Of a stretch of DNA of 64,000 nt, positions 12,997 through 25,600 are shown piece after piece (within the stretch, counting starts at the first letter, position 1; the number at the start of each line of letters is the position of its first letter). A model generated the notes under the pieces. That model did not search any database, had not been told where the DNA came from, and saw only the letters and a program-made list of their open reading frames with translations. This stretch comes from Carcharhinus longimanus (taxonomy: Eukaryota). Location: assembly GCA_030264375.1 (NCBI GenBank), contig JASCQW010000190.1:105488429-105552428 (forward strand), read 5' to 3'. A program made the position numbers and the translations under genes.

Positions 12997-14380
12997 TAAT
13001 ATGGCAATATGTGCCATATTGGAATCTACACATTGTTCTATGGAGAATTACTGTATGAAATTAATCAGCCATCATTGATGAATCTATTGAAGTTAGACAG
13101 CTTTAATGTATAAACCAATCTCCAGAGGGAAACCAGGTTCCATTTATGATGAAACCAAATTCAATGGATGCAGTATTTTCATCAGGAATGGAAACTGGGC
13201 AGTGGTATTTGTTTGTGCAAACAATCAATGCCATTAATGATGTCTCAGATAAGCAGAGAGATACAGTTTGTTCTAATCAGAAATGCAATCACCTATGGTT
13301 ATGAAAAGTGTATATCTCATTTAAGTACATAGATTTTTAAAAGTCCAAATTTCCCATATTGATTTATTTGAAAACCAATTCCATTTATCATCATCAATAA
13401 AGGTCATTTTCATTTCCTGTAAAATATTCTGGTCTGTAGGTATAATGCCACTGCACAAAATGCTGAATTGCTTTACAACGTACTAAAATAGTCAAAGCAG
13501 CGGTACAGTGGAACTCATCAATGAATTTGGGACCTTAGCCTGTGAGTAGCTAGTTTGGCCGATAAACGTCCCTCCTCGCCCATCCCCTCAAACTTACTGT
13601 CAAAGTTTGCACATGCAGGGATCTTTGCATAAGATGGAAGAATGTACACAGCATGAAGATCTATGTTCTAAAACAGAGCCAAATTTTCAAAAGGTAAGGG
13701 CAAAAGAATAAAACCAGAAAATGTAGCATCAAAATTTGACAGCCTTCAAAAACAGATGAGTGGGAATTGTGATTAACATGTATCCATTGCTTCCGATGTA
13801 AGCAGCNNNNNTCAAGCTTGTGCTTGGCCAGAACCAGTTAAAGCCAGCCTACACTACCTAAAGCCAGCATGCTCCTCTTAAATGAAAGCGCAATTTGGTT
13901 GGATTCATTCCTGGAATTGTTTAGGAAAGCGTCTCAGCATAAAGAATAAGTTATAGCATAACTCTTGTGGGGAGACAGTGTAATCCAAGTTTATCTGATG
14001 CTGCACTGGATGCCTACATAGAGGAAGTGGACAGAAGAAGAGATTTCCTCTACCCACAGGGACCCAGAATAGCCTCAGCCAAAGCTTCAAAGACCTGGAT
14101 GCACGGGGAAGACAGTAGAATTAACTCATACTAGTTGCCAAGTTGATTAGGTATATCTTGAAATGCCATATCTTACCAACTGTATCTCTCAGCCTCATAC
14201 ACTGCTCAATGCACCACACTCTCATCATTCACCTATCAATCTCAATCAATCACAGCTCATACCTCATGTTCATAGCTTCATCTCCCTCTCAAATAGTTAG
14301 TACTGCCTTAAGTCTCCAACTCTCATATCACAGTTTTAATTCAGCTTTTCCATGCATGCAACCATCATTACAGATTCTTT

Positions 14381-15468
14381 GGGAGCAGTTCTCCCAAAAA
14401 CGTTCTTAGTGCTGAAATGGCGGGAAAAATGGTGTAATTCATGATTGTTTTTTCAGTGGGAGTTCAGACTTGAATCCCCCACACTCTGTGCAATGCAGCA
14501 GTCACAATTGTGAACATGATTAAAAGCTTGGAGATAGGGCCTATTCATGCCAGAGGCTGACAGTTCNNNNNNNNNNNNNNNNNNNNNNNNNNNNNNNNNN
14601 NNNNNNNNNNNNNNNNNNNNNNNNNNNNNNNNNNNNNNNNNNNNNNNNNNNNNNNNNNNNNNNNNNNNNNNNNNNNNNNNNNNNNNNNNNNNNNNNNNNN
14701 NNNNNNNNNNNNNNNNNNNNNNNNNNNNNNNNNNNNNNNNNNNNNNNNNNNNNNNNNNNNNNNNNNNNNNNNNNNNNNNNNNNNNNNCCCCCCCCCCCCC
14801 CCCCCCCCCCCCGCCAAGGGACGCGGACTCCTCCCAGCCCACCCCGATCGCTGGCCTCCGTCCAGCCTCATGCAGAGTGGCAGCAGCAGAATCCCTCACC
14901 CCTCCAATCACCCTTAAGCCCCACCTGCAATAGGCCCCACACACCTAGGTCCCGCCCCCTTGGCACTGCATGATGCCCGGTGGGCAGTGCCAGGGTGTCC
15001 CCTGGGCATGAGAACTTTGCCCCTTGAGCAGTGCCAGGGCACATGTTGGCACTGGCAGTGTGCCAATACTCAGGGGGCACCACCACCCCACTGCCTGAGT
15101 CTCTGGGGGGCCCTGATTGACCCTTCTTCATTCCAGCGAGCTCTCCCAATAGATCCCCAAAAGTTGGGAGCTACTCTGAACCCTACCCGAGTGAAATTGT
15201 ACTGGCGAGGTGGGAGATGCTATCAGACCCCGAGAATTCAGTCCTAGGCACAAAAATCACATTTACATTATATTGCAAATGCAGTAAAATTACTTACCTG
15301 GTCTCCCTGCCAGGTTTCCGCGTTTTGCCGACCGCACCTGCTTTCTGACAATGGGAGACACACACGCATCGGGAACGCATGTGCGAATACCATGAATCAG
15401 CGCACATGCGTGTCTCACAACCCCGACCCACCAAAAAATTAACAGGCCGGAACGGGAGAATTGCCCCC
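14381..15468. mobile_element. Non-autonomous DNA transposon (MITE-like, possibly PIF/Harbinger)
   Basis: TIRs GGGAGCAGTTCTCCC / GGGAGAATTGCCCCC (13 of 15 match); GC-rich interior with tgggcagtgccaggg motifs shared with other copies. Confidence 0.6.
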
Positions 15469-16619
15469 ATTGTTTCTATACAAAGTATATAATGCATGAA
15501 TGGGCATGGAAGTTCTAGAAGCTGGCATGGAGGATATGACGGCATTTAGGAATGAGTGGAGAAACACAGGTTGGCATGTAAGGTATCAAAAACATTAAAT
15601 ATAAATTGGTATGAAAGTTATACAGCAATCTGCCTTTCAATAAATTACAGGATTGTAGAGGTACCCCAGGAAAGTGGCAATCAATCCATGGAGCTTTAGA
15701 ATAGCTGCCTTCATCCTCCTTCTGCTACTATTCCTGCTGCTCAGTTTGCAGCAATCTATACCAAATTGTCTTAAGCCGGGCCTTTTAGACACAGGGTAAC
15801 TTGGGGCCGCCCTCCTTGGTCATCTACTGTCTCCTTCACGTACATTCGGCTGCCTTTCACCAGCAATGCTGTATCCACTGAGGTAACATTAAGACAGGCA
15901 AAGGTACATGGAAAACGGACACTAAGGGAATATATAAAATGGTCAGTTGATAGTTGTATGCACAATGATATGGTTTGATTTTAAATTCTGGTTTGGAATA
16001 GTTAGTTTGTGTTTGATTTCAAGCATTGAGATGGTCAGTAACAGAGGGAAGGTAGGGTGTAGGATTGTTGATAAATGGGGAATTAGGATTGAGTTTACTG
16101 GTATCACAGTGAGATGGTGTTTTGTGGACCACCCATCTAGAATTAACCAATCTAAGATTGCCATCTCCATTTCTTTTCCTCCTCATGCACCTCTGTACAG
16201 CTGGTGGCAAGAGCTTTGTCTTATAATGTCAAGACTATGAAGCCCAATGTCTAAAAGTGCACAGCCAAAAACGCTTTCACAGGCAATATTTCATATTTGC
16301 CCTGCACTGAACTGCTGTTGTGACTGCAATAGCAGGCAGATTTCACTAAGGACATTCTTAATGAAACACAGACTTCTGACAGACTGTCACTCATTCAGGT
16401 TTGTGATTTGCTCACAGAACAACCTGGACATTTATGGCCTCTTGCTGACAGCCCTTATCTCATTCCTTTTCCTCCTAGCTTGTACTGTTCTTTGTTACTT
16501 CTGCACAGACTCCCAGTCATGTTGTATTCCAAGGCAATACCTATTTAAGCACAGTTTTGCCTATTTATCTGCAAGTCAGGAAAGGAAAGGGGAGGGGGGG
16601 AGGTGGGTACGTAAACATA

Positions 16620-17810
16620 TGTGAAGATGTTGATGTATTTGTGAGCGTGAGAGTGAGTGCAATTTTGAGTAAGAGGCTGTGAGGGTGCGTGTTTGAATGC
16701 GAGAGGGGTGAGGGTGAATGTGAGAGAATGGAGTTAGAGAGAAGGCTGTCTGTGAATGTGAGGGAGAGGGGAAAGCGAGAGAGAGGGATGAGTGAGAGAG
16801 AGGCATGTGTGTGAATGTGAGAGAATGGGGCAATTGAGAGGGGTAAGTGAGTGAGGTATGTATGAATGTCAGAAAGGGGTGAGTGAGAGGGGTGTGTGTG
16901 AGAGAGAGGGGTGAGTGAGAGGGGTGTGTGTGTGTGAGAGAGAGGGGTGAGTGAGAGGGGTGTGCGTGAATGTCAGAGAGAGGGGTGAGTGAAAGGGGTG
17001 TGTGTGAATGTGAGAGGAGTGAGGGAAAGGGGAGTGTGTGAATGTCAGAGAGAGAGGTGAGGGAGAGGGGTGTGCATGAATATGAGAGAGAGGGGTGAGT
17101 GAGAGGGGTGTATGTGAATGTGAGAGAGCAGGATGAGGGAGAGGGGTGTGTGTGAATGTGGGAGAGGGGTGATGGAGAGGGGTGTGTGTGAATGTGAGAG
17201 GGATGAGGGAGAGGGGTGTGTGTGAATGTGAAAGAGAGGAGTGAGGGAAAGGGGAGTGTGTGAATGTCCGAGAGAGAGGGGTGAGGGAACGGGGTTACAG
17301 ANNNNNNNNNNNNNNNNNNNNNNNNNNNNNNNNNNNNNNNNNNNNNNNNNNNNNNNNNNNNNNNNNNNNNNNNNNNNNNNNNNNNNNNNNNNNNNNNNNN
17401 NNNNNNNNNNNNNNNNNNNNNNNNNNNNNNNNNNNNNNNNNNNNNNNNNNNNNNNNNNNNNNNNNNNNNNNNNNNNNNNNNNNNNNNNNNNNNNNNNNNN
17501 NNNNNNNNNNNNNNNNNNNNNNNNNNNNNNNNNNNNNNNNNNNNNNNNNNNNAGAGAGAGGGGTGAAGGAGAGGGATGTGCATGAATATGAGAGAGGTGG
17601 GTGAGGGAGAGGAGTGGGCGTGAATGTGAGAGGGAGGGGTGAGGGAGTTGGGTGTGTATGAATGTGAGAGAGAGGTGAGGGAGAGGGGTGTGTGTGAATG
17701 TGAGAGGGAGGGCTGAGGGAGTTGGGCGTGTATGAATCTGAGAGAGGGGTGAGGGAGAGGGGTGAGGGAGAGGGGTGTGTGTGAATGTGAGAGAGGGGTG
17801 AATGAGAGGA
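16620..17810. repeat. Purine-rich degenerate minisatellite (about 36-42 bp unit, gagaggggtgtgtgtgaatgtgagagaggggtgaggga)
   Basis: Directly visible tandem array containing an N gap. Confidence 0.95.
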
Positions 17811-18027
17811 GTGCTCCGGTTTCCTCCCACAGTCCAAAGATGTGTGGGTTAGGTTGATTGGCCATGCTATCATTGCCCCTTAGTGTCCTGAGATGCGAAG
17901 GTTAGAGGGATTAGTGGATAATTATGTAGGGATATGGGGGTAGGGCCTGGGTGTGATTGTGGTTGGTGCTGACTCAATGGGTCAAATGGCCTCCTTCTGT
18001 ACTGTAGGGTTTCTATGATTTCTATGT
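17811..18027 (+). mobile_element. HE1-type V-SINE 3' half
   Basis: gtgctccggtttcctcccacagtccaaagatgtg...gtttctatgatttctatg. Confidence 0.9.
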
Positions 18028-20278
18028 ATGAAATGGCAGCATCCATTACAGGCATGTGTTGCTGGTCTGTGTCACAGGATAGGGACAGACTGCAAATCAG
18101 TACCAGCTGGGTGCCCAGTGACATCAGATTCCATATAGTCCATGTCTGAACTTCTGCACCCCGGCCTGGAACAGCAGCTGCTTCATCTGGCTAGGCCTCA
18201 GTCAGCACATGGTGCACTCCTCTCCACCCCAGAACACCAGCACTCAGTGGAGTCTCTGACGACAATATCACTACACAGTGCCCTGGAGGGGAAGGGTGAG
18301 CAAGACTCCGTGAGATACCTCCCACACTGAGCTACTGTGCTGCCCTCAAGGGGAAGGCTGAGCAGGACTCCTTTACCGACTCTCACCCACAGAGCTTTGA
18401 GAAAATAGAAGCCCCCGTCCCCGCCCCACCCCAAATATCACTGGTTCACAGGTCAGCACCTGAAGACATCAGGAGGAAGCCCACCAAGTATCTTTGGAGC
18501 TGCCTGGAACATCCCCCACACTCGTTAGCAGCACTTACCTCCTCATGCCAGTTCAAGGCTAGGTTGAGACTTTTAAATCTCTACTCTGATTCGCACCAAA
18601 GTGACATCATCCTAAAGAGATGGGAGACGCTAACGTGGGCTGAAATTGCAGTATCGTTCCCGATAATGACATGCTAAACTATGATAAGTGATGCAAATCA
18701 GTGGCACGCTGGTTTTCAGCAAATTCAGCAAATGGCACCATTTTCTTCCAGGTGGGAGATGCACGCAGGTCGTAAATGCTCACAAGGAACCCGCGAAATG
18801 GCCAACATGTGCACTTCCCGACCTGGCCCGCCAAAAACATGCGTGTCACAATGGGAGAATCGACCCCTTGATTTCTGTGTTCACACTTATTTTGGGGCAA
18901 AAAAGGAATGTCAACATTATGAGAATGCTTGAGGCTCCCTGATGCTCCTCGGAGGTGACTAGGGTTTCCATGACTCAAAGTTTGGGAAACTCTGCTCTGA
19001 ACCCATAAAGGATCCTTCCTACTGTTGGACATATGTTTACTGTTGCATGTTTAAAGAGGGTGTGAGTTGTGTACCGCAATTCAAAATGGTAACATTGGCA
19101 TCAAGTCTGTGTTACATTTGGATTGATGTCTGTCCCAGTCTGCCTAATCTGCATAATTTTGGTTGATGCTCCCACAGGCTAACTCATTCGTGACATTCAT
19201 CATGGTTCATGGTAGAATCATGAGCAGACACAATGCAAATATTATCTTAGAACCAAAACAACAACCATTGTGCTGTAAAAACTGGCCCTTAGGAGACAAA
19301 CTTTGTGGTCAGTGCATTTCAGAGGCAATATATGCGTGATCTGAGACTGTTAGCTTCAGAACTTGCCTTTACAAATACACATTGATTTTCAAGTTTAGCA
19401 ATAATTTAGCTTTGGTGAGGCACATCCAAAGATGTCTGTCAACAGTGAAAAGCATCAGAAAATATTGGTGAAAACTGTCAGGTTTTTGGAAATACTCTAT
19501 TGGTTCACAGATGTCCTTTCCGGAAGGAAATCTGCTATCTTCTGGCATACATGTGACTTTAGTTCCACAATACATGGTTGACCCATAATGCCTTCACAGC
19601 ATCTAGGGATGAGCAATAAATTGTGACACACCATTGCTGCCCCATGCCAAAAGTAGGTATTTCTTTAGACTTTTCTGTCAACTTTTTCAACTGTCTCAAA
19701 CATGTGCTTGGCCTGGCACAGATCAGATGTGATTATCAAACTGAGAAGGTGAATGTGGTAACTGTAGAGCATTAATGGAGTAGAGGTAGGTGTGCAACAT
19801 TATACTTAATCTTTCTTGACAGAGTTATTGAGTTGATCTTCTCAGTGCTGAAGATAACACACCATCTGTCCGCCCACTTCCAATTCTGTCTATATCTGCC
19901 TGTCGTGATTCACTCACAGCTTGTCTTTCCAGATGGAGAGTTAACCACTCTGTAACCGCTTATAAAAGTAAGCATCACTTTTGATAGCATCCACTACGTC
20001 AGGGCAAACAGACGGGCAAAGGTGGATAAATATTTCTGCGAAAAATGGATATTGAGATAAAATGGCCATCACTTTACCGCTAACCAATGCCTGTGTCCTG
20101 TTCAACAGCAGCTCAGCAGATGTTTCGTAAGTAACCTAACTCTCACAGATGAGATTGATGCACCTCATTGAAGATGCAAAAAATTCTAATATAAAAGCAA
20201 GATACTACGGATGCTGGAAATCTGAAATAAGAACAGAAAATGCTGGATAAATGCAATGGATCTGGCAGCATGTGTGGA

Positions 20279-20404
20279 CATGATGTGGGTATGCCGGCGT
20301 TGGACTGGCGTAAACACAGTAAAAAGTCTGACAACACCAGGTTTTAGTCCAACCTATTTATTTGATAATCAAATAAATAGGTTGGACTAAAACCTGGTGT
20401 TGTT
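20279..20404. mobile_element. Penelope family A end fragment with perfect palindrome, 12-bp TSD, nested in a family B tail (about 20193-20455)
   Basis: AGCATGTGTGGA duplicated at 20267-20278 and 20405-20416; 36-bp perfect inverted repeat 20331-20366/20368-20403. Confidence 0.8.
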
Positions 20405-20812
20405 AGCATGTGTGGAGACAGAAACAGAGTGAATGTTTTGAATTCAGATCATTCAAAGTAGACAAAATTAGAAATTTTAAAGTCTGATGTTACAACTTCA
20501 TCCAAACCAATGGGAAGATCATTTTCAATGTACATCGTGATTACAGTCTGCCACAGCTTCTCACTTATGGCAACATATTTGCCATCAAAGGATTTGGTCT
20601 CTTGTCATCTTTTGATGTGTCTCACCTTGGCACCTTTTGCACCGAACAATCGAGGATTATGCAGGATGGTAAGGCAGTGCAGCTCCCATCACATCTTACA
20701 CCCGATATGTCATTTAGTCCCGAGAATGGACACCCGAATGTTAAATGGTCAAGGATGATCAAAAGTATTCTTATACTAGCAGTTGCGTGATCGTCCAGAA
20801 TGTGAGTATTGC

Positions 20813-21730
20813 TAAAAAAAAAGAGACAGGCTGTCAAAGCTTTTTGTCCTGTGCTCACTAGGACAAAATCATAAAAATGTTGAAACATAGAAGCAGGATA
20901 AGCCATTCAGCCCTTCGAGCCTGCATCGCCATTCATTTTGGTCATGGCTGATCATCAAATTCTTCCAAATCTCAAATGGAACAACAATTTATTATGCATC
21001 AGAGGGTGCTGATTAGTTGGCAAGTGGACTCTGATTGGTGAAGGTATTGCCATGGAGAACGTACCAGGAAATAGTTAACTACCAGGCTTTTATTTAATTT
21101 CAAACCTGGCAAATCAACTTAGATAGGTCAAGGCACTGCCATGGGGAATGAACCAATGAATGGCTGTCTCCCAACTCATTCTTTGGTTGAAAAAGGCACA
21201 ATGTGTGGACATATTCTTTCTGTCTGCAAAAGAGAGGGCCCTGTGAGTGAATATATGTGGCTGCTAGCATGCATAAGTGAGCCACACTACGAGCCTGACT
21301 CATAATCTCTGTTAGTGTAATTCTGAGCACCATCTGGATTGTTTAGTAAGTGTTGCCCAATCTTGGAATCATATCTAGTGTTGGACATTATGTTCTGAGT
21401 GCTACAAGAATGGGATGGTGAGGTTTGGTTGGTATTTTGCCTGATGAGAACAGCCAAAGGGACTGTACTGTTTGATATTAACAATCAATTGTTAGGGTGT
21501 ACAGCCTACCACCATTGCAATAAACCAGTATTGAAATTCATATACCACATTACTCAATTGTATGATAGGTAGAACATAGTTCTGGCTTAACGGCAGCACC
21601 CTGTTAGTAGGGAATACCACTCATGTTGCTACTTCGTAAGTGTAGAATGGATACTTCAGCTGTTGCTTAAATCTGTTACGACACTTTACACTTCTAGGGT
21701 AATCTGAAGCAGACAGGGCTTGTTTCAGGT
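20813..21730 (-). mobile_element. Penelope family C, decayed GIY-YIG region and 3' end
   Basis: SNVVYEFQ..., DSKIGQHLLNNP, ARSVAHLCMLAATYIHSQGPLFCRQKEY typical of the PLE endonuclease C-terminus; decayed hammerhead at 20832-20865. Confidence 0.8.
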
Positions 21731-22047
21731 TTGAAAATTGTGACCTTAAGTTAGTTATGAGTTTGTGCAATACATTGTGAGCAATGATCTGATTGGGGTA
21801 ATCATTTTGCCACAGAATAGATTTAATACATCCTATTTCAGCTTCAAGTTTGCATGGGGAGGAAATGGCTTAGGTCTTATTTGGGAGGTTTCCAATAAAG
21901 TCAATCTTATAATGTGTGAAACTGTAAGAATCCAAACACATATATTAACCAGAGAAAATAGGCTTGCAGTAGATAGTAGTAGAGAACACAATGGCATATT
22001 TCTCATTGAGGAAAGGAAACTCGTTGGACTGGCCCATTTCAGGAATG

Positions 22048-22946
22048 GGGCTCAATCAGTGTACTTAGCTGAACGAACCTCCACAGAGTGCTGCAGGGGA
22101 TTCCTGCCAGTAAGTGGAGGGTAGGGCCTCATCCCACTGGAGAGGCCCGGCTTCAGTACATTAAGTGGGCCACTGTGCCGATCTATCAGTGAGGAAATCA
22201 ACGCATGTGTATTGGCCCCGCATGGCCAGTCTCCTGATTGCTTCCCAGGCCCCCCTCCTGTTCGCCAGCTCCCCAACCATCGCTGGCTTCCCCAAACCCC
22301 AACCCTCACAACCTCCTGGGCAGCCCCAATCCTCAGTTCCCCATGGCAAACCCAGACACCACTACCCATGTGCAACCACAATTCCCCCCTCCCCCATGTG
22401 CAGCTCCACTCACCCACCTCTTTCTCTCTTCCACTGATCATGAATGCAGAGTGTGCAGCGAGTCCTCCCCACACCTCCACCATTCAGCCCCACTACAATG
22501 GCCCTGTCCCCTTGGCACTACCCATTGCTCAGTGAGCAGTGCCAGGATGCCCAGTGGGCAGTGCCATGATACCTAAGGGACACACCTCACTGCCCCCAAC
22601 ATCCATAGGGTGCCTCAATGATGTCTGTGGTGATCACACCGGATCCTTGTTGATGGGGAACTGCTTTAATCCCGGCTGATGGGAATCTCTCCTGGCGAGA
22701 GGAGAGATATTTGTGAGCCCAAAGAATATGGTCCTGGCTCACTGGTGAGATGGAAATGTCTATTTCCATGTTGTAATCAGCCTTGCATTGATTTCTGGTG
22801 CGAGACAAATTATTTTTAAATAAAAGTGCCTGGGAGACTCAATACAGGCTGGACACAGGTTGCGAGTCCAGCAACCGGCCACCTGCTGATTTCTCTCGGC
22901 CGACCCCATTACCTGTGCAGCGCAGTGGACTGGGAGAGTCGTACCC
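22048..22946. mobile_element. MITE-like element, same group
   Basis: Internal cagtgccaggatgcccagtgggcagtgcc; right end gggagagtcgtaccc. Confidence 0.5.
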
Positions 22947-23249
22947 ATCATCTATATCAGAAATATACAAGAGGTAAGAAGTTCAGGGGTCATTTTCTCA
23001 AACATGCATTTCTCATGGAATTCAACAAAAATGTGTGCAAGAGCTGAGCCTATGATCTCATGGCAACAATATCTATTTGGCACAAACAATCTTGTTAAAA
23101 TTGAACACAACTGTATGAGTTAGACTCTAAGTTTGATGAATATAGATTTGGACAATGACAGTGCTAAGTCGCCATGATATAAAAACATACGTCTTCCTTG
23201 AGCGAGATATTAGTGAATAGTGAACCAGTGTTAAATTCTCTATTCCCAG

Positions 23250-23423
23250 CTATCCCACCGTAAACCAGAATTCATTGAAGATGCTGAGCACTTGAAAGCA
23301 CAGCTAGGTGATCCAGTGCAGGCATATGTTGCTGGAGACCCAAAGACTTGTCCCATTTTCACCTCTAGCATGAATGTCTGGCTGTGTTTTGAGCCCTCGA
23401 GGCCAATCCAGACGTATATATAT
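23250..23423 (+). CDS. Candidate internal coding exon, product unknown
   Basis: ttctctattcccag acceptor, 58 open codons LSHRKPEFIEDAEHLKAQLGDPVQAYVAGDPKTCPIFTSSMNVWLCFEPSRPIQTYIY, gtaagt donor, phase 0-0; the other two frames are closed. Confidence 0.3.
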
Positions 23424-24599
23424 GTAAGTCTAACAAAGGAACTGGAATAACCTTTACCCTGCCACCCACGGCAAGATAAGCCATCAAGTTAATTGCTTTG
23501 AACTTATTGCTATCTTAAAATCTCAACTGGAAAGAGATTTCTAAACACTAAAGGAAGAAAATCTTGGACTGAATCCTCAGATACAAATCCTCTCTTCCAA
23601 GTATCTCAAAGCCCTTAAAATGCTCTTTGGATGGAACATATATTGAGGCATGTCTTAGTACACCAAAGTCTTTGAAAATCTACTAATATCAGCTCTTAGA
23701 AACCTTACTTAGACTTCATGTGGATTCTAATGATATTAAACATTTCAGACTACATGTCCTATATGTTTCTAAAATATACTTTGTATTGAAGCTCATTTTA
23801 GGCCAAAGCTTACACGTGACGTTATAAGTGATAATAAAAGCTAATTGGGACAGGTTAATAATGTAGCCTCAATCAACTTTCCAAATCTAACTTAACAGTA
23901 AATCATGTTGGATAATCGACAAATGGTCATTTTAAAAGTATACATTCACAAATCTAATCTGTTTTTACTAGATTTGGAAGTATTTCTGTCTCACAGAGGG
24001 AAATTCTCAAACGCTTTATGTTCAAAAATGGCTGACTGGTTGACTACCTTCCAAAAGTAATCTGATTTCCTCCCAGAAGTTAGATTTACTTCAAGGCTTT
24101 GTGTGAACAACTGTCTTATACTGGGCCATGTTTTTAACTATTAGTTTATCTGAAGCGGTTTTGTATTCAGAGATTTATTTTACAAGGATATCAATTCTTA
24201 AGTGCAGATGTCTATCCTGGCTGCATTCCAATTCTTCATCATCTGAAGACTTTTATTATTTAATATGCATGTTGGCAATAATTCAGCTTATCAGCCATTT
24301 TAGGGTGGTAGCTTTTTTGTCAATTCTGCCATTTTATGTTGTTAACCTGACGCTGCTCACCTGGGATCAATAGCTTAAAATTGTAGATTCTCCATCTGAT
24401 ATGTAACTTTATTTACAGCCATTCTTAACAAGTGTGTCTCTAATGACAAAATGCTTACTGTCCTTATAGTTCAATATTTGTATTCATTGGACCAATCACT
24501 AAACATGACTGCACAGTCTTGCCTGAAAGCAAGTTATAGAAATGTTTGTTGAATTGTGTAAGAGTAATAAGCACCCTGATGGTATATTTGATAGAATTC

Positions 24600-24985
24600 A
24601 TCCTCATGATTTATTGTAACCATGTATGCAAAGCACATAAAGTTATGTCCTTTTACGCCCCATCTTATCTATGACTGGTTCTGCGCAACATAAATTGACT
24701 AAATGGTTCAGCAAATTGCTACAAGCAGTTCTGAACAAGATTTCCACATGAATGCTGAAGAATTCCTCCACCTTTACAAAGAACATGGAGGACTTGCACA
24801 TCAATAACAATGCCAGTCCATGTCCTCAGTTGACATTACTAGCCTATTCACCAATGTATCTCTCAAGGAAGCCACAGATGTTTGCACCATGTCACCATCC
24901 TATGGCAATTTAGATGTGCCTTTACTGTGTGATTCTGTATTCATTGAACTTGTGGACTCAATAGCTTGTGCAATTGAGTTTAGTG
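24600..24985 (+). mobile_element. Penelope reverse transcriptase fragment
   Basis: LRPILSMTGSAQHKLTKW and MSSVDITSLFTNVSLKEATDVC (PLE RT motifs RPI and DxxSLFTNV). Confidence 0.8.
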
Positions 24986-25309
24986 GCAACCTTCTAAATA
25001 AGGCCCAAGTCATTTGATCACTGTGTGAACTTGAAATAGGATACAGTCAGAGCCACTCAGGGACTGCAGCAGTTCAAGAAGACGGCACACTACCACCTTC
25101 TCAAGGACAACTAGGAAAGGACAATAAACGCTGGTCTAGCCAGTGATGTCTAGATCACATAAATGAATTTTAAAAAGCACAGGACAATCTTGAGGGGAGA
25201 GGTCTAACCCTCAGTTCTGCTTGTCAAACCACAAAGACACAGGGACACTCTAACTCAGGAAAAGCAATTCCCAAAACAGGCAGCAGAGCAACCATGCCAG
25301 CAACATGGA

Positions 25310-25600
25310 ACAAAGAGTCTAATCAACGTCCTGCAATTGCAGCCCAATTTAATAGGATTGGGCATTATGATAAACTGTGTGGGTAAGAACTCTGAAACAC
25401 ATGGAAGGCCCAGAGATGATCCAAATGTTGAGATGATAAACCCAGACGATAAGATTCGCAGCATGTCTGTTGAGTGAGAACAAATAGCCTGCTTTCTCAT
25501 TTTGGAATGTGGATATTTCTGTCAATAGCTATCGAATAAATTTTAAATTAGATACAGAAGCTAGTGTAACATTCCACTAGGATAATGAATCATGGCTGTA
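25310..25600 (+). mobile_element. Small gag/protease relic of another Gypsy element
   Basis: ...IGHYDKLC knuckle remnant and FKLDTEASVT (LDTGA-like protease motif) near 25542. Confidence 0.45.

Noticed and set aside
13440-13540. Exon-like unit with ag and gtgagt boundaries
   Set aside because: Stops in all three frames.
16576-17873. Long His/Pro/Ser/Thr-rich ORFs (up to 429 aa)
   Set aside because: Translation of a minisatellite plus an N gap; not evidence of coding.
19985-20126. RGS-domain-like reading (RWINISAK...AAQQMF)
   Set aside because: Needs several frameshifts and conflicts with alternative readings; likely chance.
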